Of a stretch of 64,000 nt of DNA, positions 1-10,295 are shown piece after piece. The notes under the pieces are model-generated. The model was given only the letters and a program-made list of their open reading frames with translations, was not told where the DNA came from and did not search any database. Position 1 is the first letter of the stretch. Every line of letters begins with the position of its first letter. The stretch is from Lama glama (lineage: Eukaryota), in the NCBI GenBank assembly GCA_028534125.1, contig CM052816.1:101432001-101496000 (forward strand). The letters are read 5' to 3'. Both the position numbers and the translations under genes were made by a program.

Positions 1-1
1 G

Positions 2-160
<159 letters not shown>

Positions 161-596
161 TAAGCGCCCAGAGCCTCCTCATGCCCTTTGGCCCCACGGA
201 ATCTAGGTCACAGAGTCCTAAGATCAGACTTTACCGAGAGGAATCGTCCTCTTCTCCCATCGTCTCGGTTGTTCTGGCATCTGAGCCCATGGTGCATCAG
301 CCTGGGCATGATCAGCGCGTATCTGACTGCCCGGCGATGAGACTTGGCGAGGGTGGAGGTGGGCTCTGCCGGGCCGGGCTGTGGGGGGTCGAGCTGAGCT
401 GACCTAGCGAGGACCTGCTATGGATGGAAGACCCCTGCGAGTCCTCTCACTTCTGGGAGGAAGATGGGGAGGCTTCCCTGAGAAGCTGGGATTTTACCTG
501 CACTGAATGCCCCTCGGCCCTAGAGGTCCTCAGGCACGCGGCCCCGGGAGGGGTCTTGCCTGTCAGTGAGAACGTGGCAACTGCCCCCCCCCGCAG

Positions 597-765
597 GCCC
601 CAGGTGCTTGTGATGTTGAACCTGGACGCAGAGCAGAGCGTGAAGCACCCCCGCCTGCTGTCCTTTACCTCGCAGCTCAAGGCCGGCAAGGGCCTGACCA
701 TCGTGGGCTCCGTGCTGGAGGGCACCTTCCTGGACAAGCACACGGAGGCCCAGCAGGCCGAGGAG
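597..765 (+). CDS. SLC12A7: SLC12A7 coding exon (about exon 17)
   Basis: ccgcag acceptor, gtggga donor; 169 nt; [56 protein letters not shown]; phase matches neighbours. Confidence 0.96.
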
Positions 766-919
766 GTGGGACTGGGTGGCAGGTGAGGGGTGGCAGGGGT
801 GGCACCGGGCCTGGGCTTCGGGGACCAACGCAGGGCTGAGCCTCCGGCCTCCGCGTGTGAGGCTGGGACGTTGGCCAGGGGCCCGCCCACCGCCCGCCCC
901 AACCTGCCTGTGTCCCCAG

Positions 920-1115
920 AACATCCGGGCTCTCATGTGCACCGAGAAGACCAAGGGCTTCTGCCAGCTGGTGGTGTCATCCAGCCTGCGGGACGGCATG
1001 TCCCACCTGATCCAGTCAGCCGGCCTGGGGGCCCTGAAGCACAACACGGTGCTCATGGCCTGGCCCCAGTCCTGGAAGCGGGAGGACAGCCCCTTCTCCT
1101 GGAAGAACTTTGTCG
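920..1115 (+). CDS. SLC12A7: SLC12A7 coding exon (about exon 18)
   Basis: ccccag acceptor, gtgggt donor; 196 nt; NIRALMCTEKTKGFCQLVVSSSLRDGMSHLIQSAGLGALKHNTVLMAWPQSWKREDSPFSWKNFV. Confidence 0.96.
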
Positions 1116-1426
1116 GTGGGTCAGGGCCCTGTGCTGGGTTTCGGGGTCCTGGGCTGAGACCTGCTCCCCGGGGGCCGTCAGAGGCCTCGGCTGTGCTGTT
1201 TCTAGAAAACCAACAGCCGTTCAGTAGCCTGGAGACGGGAGCCCCCTCCCCGGGCCCGACCCGCGTTTGGCGGTTCCCCGGGGGCTCCTTCTCACTGGGC
1301 CAGGGCCATGGAGTGATGAGGGTGTGAGCGAGGGGTGCACCCTGTGTGGGGCTTTGTGGGGACCCCAGGCTCAGCCATTCTGCAGTCCAGGGCCTGTGAC
1401 GTGGTGACATGACCATCTCTCTGCAG

Positions 1427-1596
1427 ACACTGTCCGAGACACCACAGCGGCGCATCAGGCCCTGCTGGTGGCCAAGAATGTGGATCTGTTCCCGCAAAAC
1501 CAGGAGCGCTTCAGCGACGGGAACATCGATGTGTGGTGGATCGTGCATGACGGGGGTCTGCTCATGCTGCTGCCCTTCCTGCTGCGGCAGCATAAG
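1427..1596 (+). CDS. SLC12A7: SLC12A7 coding exon (about exon 19)
   Basis: ctgcag acceptor, gtggag donor; 170 nt; (D)[56 protein letters not shown]. Confidence 0.96.
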
Positions 1597-1822
1597 GTGG
1601 AGTGCTCAGGGAGGTTGTGGGCGGGTCCATGCGGGGGTGGGGGCACAGGGGGCGGGTCCATGTGGGTCGTGGGTAGGGCACGTGGGGCCGGTCCATGCGT
1701 GGAGGGGAGGGTGCATGGGAGTGGGGTCACACGGGGCAGGTCCATGCGGGGTGGGATCACGCTGGGGGTGGCTGGGGGTGGACAGCGGTGGGACTGACCA
1801 CCCCGCCCTGCCTCGCCGCCAG

Positions 1823-1954
1823 GTGTGGCGGAAGTGCCGCATGCGCATCTTCACGGTGGCCCAGGTGGACGACAACAGCATCCAGATGAAGAAGGACCTA
1901 CAGATGTTCCTGTACCACCTGCGGATCAGCGCCGAGGTGGAGGTGGTGGAGATG
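1823..1954 (+). CDS. SLC12A7: SLC12A7 coding exon (about exon 20)
   Basis: cgccag acceptor, gtgagg donor; 132 nt; [44 protein letters not shown]. Confidence 0.96.
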
Positions 1955-2732
1955 GTGAGGGCGCGCCGGCGCTGGGCAGGGCTGCATGTTGCGCCCCAAG
2001 GTGTAGCTCTGATTTGCTGGGTCCCCGGGACACCCACCGCCCAGGGCTGCTGGCTCACCTCCACCCCCAGGCTGTTGGCTTCCGCTTCCCCGAGCCCTTG
2101 TGTGCCGTCTGGCAGTGGCAGCCTCTCAGATTTCTCCCGTTTCTCGTGACCCTGGCAGCTCTGAGGAGGCTCAGGCACCTTGTGCGATGTCGCTCAGTCT
2201 CCGTTTGCCTGGCGTTTTTCCCACGGCTGGACTGGGTGGTGGGTTTGTGGGAGGAAGACCCCAGCGGGACCAAACGTGACTGAGGACCGTGGGATGGTAC
2301 ACTGCGGGTCCGTCCCCGCCAAGCTCGGGCCAGTGGGCGGGGAGTTACAGACTGACCCTGCGCGGCCGAGCGGCTCTCCTGAGCCTAAAAACGCCTCCTG
2401 TCAGCCACGCCTGGCCTGCTTTCCTGGTTCCAGTGGACGGGCTCCGGTCCAGAGCCATGGCTGTGGTGTTTTCCTCTCTGTGTCTCGTGTGTTAGTGAAC
2501 GTGGGTCCTGGGGTGGGCGGAGGGCGTTCCGATTGACAGCCATTCACAGACTCGTGGTTGCCCACGCACACACGTGCACACACAGCCCCCCTCGGGGAGT
2601 TCGGGGCCCGGGGCTCCGAGACCTGCTGAGGGCACTGAGGACGCACGGCACACTCGTTGTGTAACTGGGGTTGCCTGGTGAGAACGCATCAGTTTTGTAC
2701 TGGTGTTTACTTCTGCGCTTTGGAACTTGCAG

Positions 2733-2840
2733 GTTGAGAATGACATTTCAGCGTTCACTTATGAGAAGACGCTGGTGATGGAGCAGAGGTCCCAGATGCT
2801 AAAGCAGATGCAGCTGTCCAAGACGGAGCGCGAGAGGGAG
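2733..2840 (+). CDS. SLC12A7: SLC12A7 coding exon (about exon 21), contains the first inhibitory WNK/SPAK-pathway Thr site (YEKT)
   Basis: ttgcag acceptor, gtgcgt donor; 108 nt; [36 protein letters not shown]. Confidence 0.96.
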
Positions 2841-3832
2841 GTGCGTGTCTGGTTCGTCGCACAGGTGGTCGTCCCGGAGCCTTCGACAAAAGGCTGGCCT
2901 GCCTTTTTCCAGACCCCACGTGACCATGGGGACTGGGATCATTGAGGTCACTGTGAGCCCTTCACCTCCACCTGGTTTGTGAAAAGCTGGCGATGCAGCT
3001 TCTGCTCCACCTCACCTCCCCACTCAGCTCACGTCATGCCCTCCTTGCCACCCAGCCCGGGCTCAGGGGCTCTGCGGCCCTGGGCTCACACGTGAGGTCC
3101 ACACAGAGCCGGCGTCCACCCGGCCATCCTGCTTACGCACAGCCCCCCGGTCTGGAGCCATCTTTTACTGAGCACCACGGCCCCCTCTCCCATGACACCC
3201 CAGTCCCTCCAGTCCCCAAGCCAGCAGCCACACGAGTCCCTCAGGGCCACCTCCTTGCCCCTCTCCCAGCTCCCTTCCACCTCACACGTCACCACCTGAG
3301 AGACCTCACTCTGTCCATCCCCACGGCCTCCCCGACTCCCTCTGGCTGCCGGTCAGCGCTGTCTTCGCCCGCAGCTTCCCAGGGTGCCTGCGTGCTGCTG
3401 CGGCTCCCCCCACCCCAAAACTCTGCAGCTCTTATTGCCCCTCCCCGGGGCCTGGGCTCCCTGGCGGTCTCTGCACTGCAGATGAGTCAGTGGGTGGACA
3501 GGTGGCTGGAAGGCTGAGGGGAGGGTGGACGGGCAGGCGGGTGAGCGGGTCGGGGTGGAGCCCACGCGTCCACGTGGAGCAGCATCGGGTAGAGTCTTGG
3601 GTGTCGTGCCTCCTGCAACGTGGAGGCCAGGGTGCTTTCCTGGGCCTTCAGAGCTGGGGCAGGAGGAGGCAGGAGGAAGCCCGAGTTTGGTCTGGACGCC
3701 CGTGGGGCTGGGAGGGCCAATCCAGGTGTCCCCGGGGCTGTGGGGCCGCCAGCCTCTCTGCCCACTCGCTCCTCCCTGGGGGTTGGTACCTGGCATCACA
3801 GTGAGACTGGCGCTGCCTTGCCCTCCCGCCAG

Positions 3833-4011
3833 GCGCAGCTTATCCACGACAGGCACACCGCGTCCCACTCTGCGGCGGCCGCCAGGACCCAGGCCCCATC
3901 CACACCGGACAGAGTGCAGATGACCTGGACGAAGGAGAAGCTGATTGCCGAGAAGCATCGGAACAAGGATGCTGCTGCGTCCGGGTTCAAGGACCTCTTC
4001 AGCCTGAAGCC
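3833..4011 (+). CDS. SLC12A7: SLC12A7 coding exon (about exon 22), contains the second inhibitory Thr site (QMTWT)
   Basis: cgccag acceptor, gtgagt donor; 179 nt; AQLIHDRHTASHSAAAARTQAPSTPDRVQMTWTKEKLIAEKHRNKDAAASGFKDLFSLK(P); this KCC4-specific segment separates it from KCC1-3. Confidence 0.95.
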
Positions 4012-4474
4012 GTGAGTGTCAGCCCTGTTCTGACCCACAGTGGGGACAGGCCCCTTCGCTGCCCCACGGTCTCCTTTCAGGCCAGTTTGCAGGGAAGCGG
4101 GCGGCAGTGGGTGGCGAGGTGGCAGACAGTGTTCCGGGGGCTTTTGCAGCACCTGGAGGTCGGGGCTGCCCCCTGGGCCGGACTCCCCGCTCTGACCCTC
4201 CAGGCTGCCCATCAGGCTGGCCCATCCGCCTGCCGGGGCTCCGCCCATGGCGTTGAGCTGGGAGCCCAGTGGGCGTGTGGCTGGGCCTGAGGAGGGTCCC
4301 GGGTGGGAGAGTCAGGACGGCATCTCCCGGGTCTTCGGCGTAGCCCGAGTTGTCAGAAGGGCCTGGGGGGCTCTCTGGGCCGAGGGGACAGACGCCCTGG
4401 AGGAGGAGCACAGTCAGCGGGGGCGTCGTGTTTGCTCGGGAAGTAACGTGCATTCTGTCTTCTCTTCCGCATAG

Positions 4475-4489
4475 AGAGTGGGGAAACCT
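4475..4489 (+). CDS. SLC12A7: Candidate alternative 15-nt microexon of SLC12A7 adding EWGNL
   Basis: ttctgtcttctcttccgcatag | AGAGTGGGGAAACCT | gtaagt; frame-preserving; gives [15 protein letters not shown], matching KCC2 [14 protein letters not shown]. Confidence 0.85.
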
Positions 4490-7194
4490 GTAAGTCCTCC
4501 CAGTCCTGGGACCTCATAGACTTGGTTGCCTGGCATGCGCTGCACGCACTGCCCCTCGCGACCCGTGCGTGCACGTCAGAGTGTGTGCACGGCCCTGTGT
4601 GTGTGTGTGCAGGGCCCCGTGTGTGGATGTGCCCGTGAGCACACATGTGTGCAGTCCTGTGCATGCACGGCCCCGTGTGCGCGTGTTCCTTCTCCGTGCC
4701 TGGCCTCGTGTGCGCGTCCGTGTGTCCGTGCTCAGCCCTGCACTGCTTGACTTTGAGGAACTTCCTGTTTAACTCACTCCCTCGCCCGGAGTGGCTCGGG
4801 GCACATACCCGACATTCCTTCTCTGAACAGCGCCTGCGGACGAGGTCTGGGGAGGGTTGGTCCTGAGCGGGCTCCAGAGCGGAGGGCGAGTGTTCTGGTA
4901 GCTGTCAGTTTGATTCACCCACATTCCTCGGGGTCCCGGGGTCCAGATGCACCCAGTCTCGGCTGCGTGGGGACAGCTTTTCCTTCTGTCTCCGCAGCGC
5001 CCAGTGCCTTTTTGCCCTGTAGGAAGCTGCCACGTTTGATCTCATCAGAAGGGATGTGTGTGAATCCTCTTTTGGGGCTGGCCCTGGGGGTTAGGGCCAG
5101 AGATCCAGGGCCTGGAGGGCTGCTGTCTGTCTGTCCATCCGCCCCAGCTCCCCTGTGACTTCCGGGCTATCTTCCCTCCCGGGGTGCCCAGCGGAGCCTC
5201 ATGACTCGGTGGCCAGACTTCCTGTTTCAGCCCCTAGACCCGAGCAGCTCACGCCCCAGGGGCCGCAGGAGTGTGGGTCCCTCGAAGGAGCCCCTGGGGC
5301 GAGTGCACAGGACTCCGTGCTGCCTGCTCTGTTTTTTCATAAACATAAAGTGACCTCCAGATGAAGCATTTGAGTAAGAACGCACAACAAGCCCATAGTG
5401 CAGCAGTAGGTGTCCCCTCCAACTCCCCGTCGAAGGGGCTGCGAGCGGCAGGCCTGGCCCGAGTGCAGCCAGCTGCCACTGTCCCGGGCCTGCGGGAAGC
5501 GGGCAGGAGAGCCAGTCTGGTCTGCCGCGGGGGTTGGGCTGCGGGAAGCTCCCGGAAGGTGGGAGGTTAGCCCACAGGTGACCCCATGGCGGGCACACCG
5601 TGGCTGGCCCCGGGGTGTGTGGTCGTCTGCTGTCAGCAGCCAGGGTCCAGAATCCCGCCCTGCCCGCACGCCGTCCATGGGCCTCCCCCGCCCTCCCCAA
5701 CCCTGGGCAGCCCACCAGCCCGACCGCAGGTCCAGCCTCAGAGAACCTGGCTGGGGAAGCGCTTCTCCACCAGACTCAGCATGTGATGACGCGTTTCCCC
5801 GTTTGGTGGCTTCACGGCTGGCTGTCGGGTAACCAGTGCAAGTGTCTGTTACCTTCTAGACACGTGAGGGCCTCCCGGGCCTCTCTGGCCTCCATGGGCC
5901 CACAGTCCTGGAACCGCGGGTATGTCCAGGCCTGGCCCTTGATTTTAAGATTATATGTGTTGTCAGACTCTTAACCCCAAGGCCCTTTAATATCACAGAC
6001 ACGTTTCTAGAATTGCTGTTGTGTCCCCAAACACACCGATAATAGGGATCCATCCAGGCAACTAATTCTCGGTTCTCGGAACCAAAGGCCCCTGGCTGTG
6101 CCGAGAACAGAGACCCAGCCTGTAATTTTATCAGATGAAACTGGAGCGAGAAAACCAAGGGTTCCATTTCCCCGTTTTCTCCTGGTAATTGGCGGTTGTA
6201 ATTGGATTTATTTGGCTTAAAGTTTGAGCTGATCAAAGGCTGTGGCCCAGGCTCCCGTCCTGCGGGCCTTTCCCGACCATCACGTGGCGGCCTCGTCTGT
6301 CTGTCTGTCTGTCTGCCCAGCCGCCCGCCCCTCTTGTGTCCTGGGCATGGTGAGCTCCTTCCAGCTGCAGCCCCCACACCGGTCCCCCGCTCTGCCGCAC
6401 GTGGCCCCAGCACCGGCAGCTGTGCAGAGGGAGGTGCAGGTGCAGGGGCTTGGGTCCTCCCAGTCGGGGTTTGCTGTGTACTTCCCGGGGTGCAGCTCAT
6501 TGAGGGGCCGATGCAGAGGAGGAGGGCTTGCTGGCGGGCACAGGGTAGCAGCGTCCCCAGTCTTGCGTCCCCGAGAAGCCTCCCTGGGAGGCTGGCTGCC
6601 CAGAGCACCGTGAGAGGCATCAGTGTGCAGCAGGCTGTGGGGTCAGGGCAGTGGGCAAGGACGTGAGGCACAGGATCTGGTCACCGGTGTGGGAGCGGTT
6701 GCTGTCGGCCAGGAGCAGCAGCGTCCGGGCAGGCCACGAGCCGGGGCGGGCCTCGCGGTGGCCACATACTTGGCCAGTGTCCCCAGCTCTGTTAGAGGGG
6801 CTCGGGCCTCAGGCACTGGTGGTGGGCTGGGCCCTCCTTCCTCACCCACTGGGCTAGTGGCCGCAGGTGGTGCTCACTCCGGCAGCAGGTTCCTCATGGG
6901 GCAGCATTTAAGGACGGGCTGGCCGCGGGGCAGGGGTCTCGACGGAGACGCCTCTCAACCTGGAAACGGGCTCGCTGTGTCGTCCGAGGTTCCGCTTCCG
7001 CCCACAGGAGTGGCCTCCGGCTGTTGTCTCTGCCCCACGTGGCATCGCGTCCTGTGGCTTCTCCAGGTGGCGGGTCTGACCTGTCTCCACCTGCCCTTTC
7101 TGATGGGAGCCAAGTGGGCAAGTTGGGGCTCAGACACAGCCTGGTGCCCAGGACTGCATATTGGAGGTGCCGTGTGACTGTCTCCCTCTCACAG

Positions 7195-7328
7195 GAACCA
7201 GTCCAACGTCCGGAGGATGCACACGGCTGTGAAGCTCAATGGTGTCATCCTCGACAAGTCCCAGGATGCCCAGCTGGTCCTGCTCAACATGCCGGGGCCC
7301 CCCAAAAACCGGCAGGGGGACGAGAACT
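7195..7328 (+). CDS. SLC12A7: SLC12A7 penultimate coding exon
   Basis: ctctcacag acceptor; 134 nt; [44 protein letters not shown]; followed by U12 donor GTATCCTTT. Confidence 0.96.
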
Positions 7329-8573
7329 GTATCCTTTCCCAGATGCTGCCCTTGCTGAGGTGGGGGACAGCCGCCATGTGGCGGGAGGGCCCCTCACCCC
7401 GCTGCTGCTCAGGGGAGGCGCCTGGGGCTGGGGTTGGGAGCTGTGGGGCCCTTAGCGTGGGATGTGGGTGACCTGAGGTGCCCGGACCAGAGCTGTATCA
7501 CGGGGGCCGTGTGGGGCTGTGGGCCAGCGAGCGCAGAGGCTGTGAGCAGACCCAGTTCCTGTCGTCTGCCTGGTCCCCACATTTGAGCTATTGATGGCCA
7601 GGGAAGCTGGGCTTGGGGAGTCTCAGAAATCGCCCCTCACTGACTCAGCGTGAGCGCGGGGCCGAGGAGACAGTGTAGACTCGTGGAGGTGAGGAGATAG
7701 AAGACGTGCTTGGTGCTCTGGGTGACAGAGGCCTCCGTGGAGAGCAGGCTGACACCTGGGGAATTCAGGTGATGAGTGGGGTGAACGTGGGCACAGAAAC
7801 CATGTCACTGACCCCAGCCTTCCTGCCTCGGCTCTGGGCTCCAGGCTCTTGCCTTCCCAGCTCCTGTCCCGGCCTCTTCCCAGTCATCTGGGGGACGGGG
7901 CAGAGCCTAGGGGCCCAGTCCACGAGGTTCTGCCAGTAGCTCCGCTCTGAGCCCTTCCCAGCACCAAGTGCCCCCAACTTGTGGAACCCCGTCAGCTGCT
8001 GCGTGGAGCAAGGCTGCCAGGCCTGACCTTGGGGGTCACAGGTCCGCCCCACCCGGGGCCACCCAGGGGGCGTGCAGCCTGGTCATCCTCTGGGTTCAGC
8101 CCCACCCCACCCTGGGGAGCAGCAGGCAGGAAGCTGTAAGGAGGCCAGCAGCTTGGTCCTCGGGCTTTAAGCCTCAGGAGGACCACAAGCCCAGGGATCC
8201 ATGCCTCCTTGGAGCCAGGACTTCCGGTCAGTCTGGGTGTCCTGGTGGTGGACGTGTCTGTTGCATCCTTTCCCTTGGATCTGTGCCCAGAGCCCCTGGG
8301 CGAGGACAGGGGTCCCTCCAGGTTCCTGGTCAGGCAGCTGCAGGTGTAGGCTGACCGCAGCCCTAGCTGAGGTCTCTGTTGGGCGGGGTCAGCACTCCTC
8401 TTCCCCTCGCACAGTCCCTCCCTCCCTCTCCGGGCCTGCCGCCCCCGTCCTCCACCTCTTTCTCAAACCGATCCTGACTGGACACAGGACCGGGGTGAGT
8501 AAAGCTGTCCCCTTCACACTTCTGGCTACTTGCACGGTTGGGCCAGCTGTGTCCTTAACTCAGCGCACCGCAG
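7329..8573 (+). other. SLC12A7: U12-type (minor spliceosome) GT-AG intron, last intron of SLC12A7
   Basis: 5' splice site GTATCCTTT; branch site TCCTTAAC at 8552-8559 about 15 nt before CAG (8571-8573); no polypyrimidine tract. Confidence 0.93.
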
Positions 8574-8665
8574 ATATGGAGTTCCTCGAGGTCCTGACCG
8601 AGGGGCTGAACCGGGTCCTCCTCGTCAGGGGCAGCGGCCGGGAGGTGGTCACCATCTACTCCTAA
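8574..8665 (+). CDS. SLC12A7: SLC12A7 last coding exon with stop codon
   Basis: (Y)[29 protein letters not shown]; TAA at 8663-8665; canonical KCC C-terminus. Confidence 0.97.
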
Positions 8666-10295
8666 CGCTTGGCCACCCTGGGGGTGCACTGGGCAGGTGG
8701 GGACGGTGCTGCAGTGTGCAGTGGCCAGTGCGTGGCGTCCTGTAGAAGTTTCTAGATGGTACCGGGGCTCTCCAGGCCGAGCGCTGACGCGTGACTGAAG
8801 CCTTCCCCACGTCCCAGGGCAGGCTCGACACCCTCAGTGCTCCCCATGCTCCCGGGCTGCTGGCGGCGACCTGGTCTGTGCCCGTCCGTCTCCTGACGGC
8901 AAAGAGAGACAGGGAGCAGCTGGACTCTTGAACTGATCTCCCTGGGCTGGACCTGCAGGCTGTTGTGCAGTCAGGGTCACTCAGACCCCCGGCCCCCGCA
9001 CGGTGCCAGGAGAAGCCCCCAGGCTGAAGCTGACCCGCGGCTGAGGGCTCGTGTCGGCTCCCCGGGCAATGCTGCCCACCTGCCCCTCTCAGTAGCCGGG
9101 CTGGGGTTTCTGAAATGGAGGCAGAGTAAAGACCGTCCCCTCGACGGTGGGCTCATGTGCTGGTTCTTGCGGACCGCAGGGCAGGCGTCTGCGGGTGGGT
9201 GGGCGGGTCCTGGTGGGGTTCGTACCAGGAAGCAGCCGGTGGAAGAGCCAGGCCATGCTCGTGACCAGTTGTCTCCCCGCACTGACGGCCCGGCCGGCAC
9301 CCGAGCTGCTGTACCTGGTGCGGGTGACTGGGAGGCCGGGGGCGACCCTAGAAATGGCGGATGCCGGGAATCCCCCGCTGCAGGCGACAGTGGAAGAGCC
9401 TTCAGGATGGGGAGTGCCACACGGTTCAGCGTCTGACGCACTGGCTCCTGCAACCTCGTTTCCATGCTTCAGGCTCTTGAGAGGGGACGGGGTGCAGCCG
9501 TGGGAGGTCCTGCAGCCACTGCACACGGCTGCCAGCTGAGCCTGTCACCTCCGGATGGGCCTGGGGCATTGTGGCTGTCGGGGTGGGGGTGTTCCCGCCA
9601 CGTTCGGGGCACTGACAGGCACCTTCCCTTGATCCTGGACTGTTTGCACTTTACACGCGCTGTCATGTTCACCGTGTGTTGTTGCAGTAATTTGTGCCTC
9701 ACTTTCTGTATGGGTTATTTATTTATTTAAACGTCCGGGGGAGTTTCAGTGATAAACATCGTCCACAAGGAGGTTGTGTCTGTGAAATGGGCTCCGAACA
9801 GCCAGGCCCTTGGCTTTCTCTGGTTGCCATGGGCTCCCAAGCGAATCGGCCCTGTCCACAGGCTTCAGGTCAGGCAGGGGCTAAGCGTGTTTCCAGATGT
9901 TTCTGAGGGGCAGTCAGGCAGCATGGAGGGTCAGCGTCACCGTCAGGATGACCACGGCCAGAGCGTGTGCCAAACGCCACAGCTGAGCTTGGGGCGGGGA
10001 TCTCAGTTCAGCAGTGACTTGTACCTCCCTCTTCAGGTCCCTCTCCTGGGTCCCGGGTCCCTGTGCACCGGCTGGCAGGTTGGTCAAGGCTGGGAAGCAG
10101 CTGCGCATACAGGACCCCCCACCCTCTGCGACACCCGGCCCGGCCAAGCACCTGCCACGTCTGTCTGCACCCTAGGTCCTTCCTGTTCTGTAAACTGTGG
10201 GACTCTTAACTGTGGCCGTTGGCTTCGTGTTTGCCTTTTCGAGGATCTTTGTATGATTTTGTCAGTAGAATAAAATGAAGATCTGAGTGTGTTGG
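8666..10295 (+). other. SLC12A7: SLC12A7 3'UTR (end approximate)
   Basis: Follows the stop codon; AU-rich element at 9715-9729; AATAAA at 10269-10274 followed by a GT-rich stretch. Confidence 0.7.
10269..10274 (+). terminator. Polyadenylation signal AATAAA of SLC12A7 (second ATTAAA at 10324-10329)
   Basis: Canonical hexamer about 1.6 kb after the stop, preceded by U-rich and TGTA elements. Confidence 0.7.

Noticed and set aside
520-1593. 357-aa minus-strand ORF
   Set aside because: Antisense shadow across SLC12A7 exons and introns in GC-rich DNA; no recognisable domain
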